Of a stretch of DNA of 64,000 nt, positions 63,273 to 64,000 are shown in pieces (within the stretch, counting starts at the first letter, position 1; each line of letters starts with the position of its first letter). Where the stretch lies: positions 935,518 to 999,517 of the forward strand of contig JAAOMT010000664.1 of assembly GCA_016748015.1 (NCBI GenBank), written 5' to 3'. The notes below the pieces were generated by a model that saw only the letters and a list, made by a program, of their open reading frames with translations, was not told the origin of the DNA and made no database searches. Both the position numbers and the translations under genes were made by a program. Source of the DNA: Geosiphon pyriformis uo1. Taxonomy: Eukaryota > Fungi > Glomeromycota.

Positions 63273-64000
63273 TTACTTTTTTTAATAACTTGAAATATCA
63301 ACCTGAAATCTAACTCGAGTCGTAGTATCAAAAATATCAAGTTTGAATTGGGTCGACTGATACCAGCATGATTCTTTTTCGTTGCAATTATTGTAAATCA
63401 ATAAATCAGGATAAAAATATGAACTAACACTTTTACGATATACTTTTGTTTTTGACTTGTATTATGAGCCATCTTTGGGAGGTCAAGTTTTTCCCAATAC
63501 CCAAATTAAAAATAAAAGCATCAGGCGCATTAAAATATTTTTCAGAATTAGAATTAGAATAAGAATCAGAATCAAAATCAGAATATTTAAACCACAGTGT
63601 GTGGAATAATAGCCTCCCACAATTTTCCCAGATCCAACTATCTTGGCTACTATAACAGTCTTTACGTAATTGGCACGTATATTTCGAAAACTGCTTCCTG
63701 TAAAGCCATAACCACTGCCTCGATATATAGGGTTGAAGGTGTAGAGAGATTTTTAATTCGTTGTAGTCTTTTTATCGATCCATGAAGAAATGATATTGAT
63801 ATGTGGTGAGTTTATGATCTCAGATTTAGCAAAACGGGCTCGAGATGGAAGGATATGAGTTGGTGGTTGAGGTTTAGTCTTAAGATGGTATGCCCAGATT
63901 TCATTCTTGAAGTTCTTTGGTAAAACTTTTTTATATGGTATGACATGGTCAAAATAGTCATCCCCAGAGATGTCACAATATCTTATCAATGGGATGCATT
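63273..64000 (-). pseudogene. BTB-BACK-TLDc paralog, 3' part, pseudogenised (runs off the right edge)
   Basis: Close paralog of 59358-60114. TAA at 63753-63755 where the paralog has Tyr; frameshifts near 63595 and 63490. Confidence 0.85.

Overview
AT-rich eukaryotic (fungal) genomic DNA with many short GT-AG introns. A BTB-BACK-TLDc family, a class-3 lipase-like gene, an RNase H-bearing LINE and a MULE relic point to Glomeromycotina, possibly Geosiphon; this is my inference from family recognition. Layout: SPT8-like gene cut by the left edge (1-1.15 kb); a decayed transposon block (1.6-13.3 kb) with a MULE transposase relic fused to an inverted LINE 5' fragment, and a near-full-length LINE interrupted by two solo-LTR-like inserts with TSDs; a compact housekeeping cluster (13.9-25.5 kb: THOC5-like, epsin, cystathionine beta-lyase, SDHAF4, SPRTN-like, COA1); an orphan small secreted protein; a Tc1/mariner trace; a carotenoid cleavage oxygenase; a TALE homeobox gene inside a ~20 kb microsatellite-rich gene desert; a lipase-3-like gene lacking its catalytic Ser; and three BTB-TLDc paralogs (one intact, two pseudogenes). 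The most notable item is not apparent from the ORF track: a ~1.1 kb minus-strand relic at ~33.86-34.96 kb carries motifs of both an IS607 serine-recombinase TnpA and a Fanzor2/TnpB RuvC nuclease, followed by a structured candidate omega-RNA region just upstream of the carotenoid oxygenase. All assignments come from reading motifs by eye; no searches were run.
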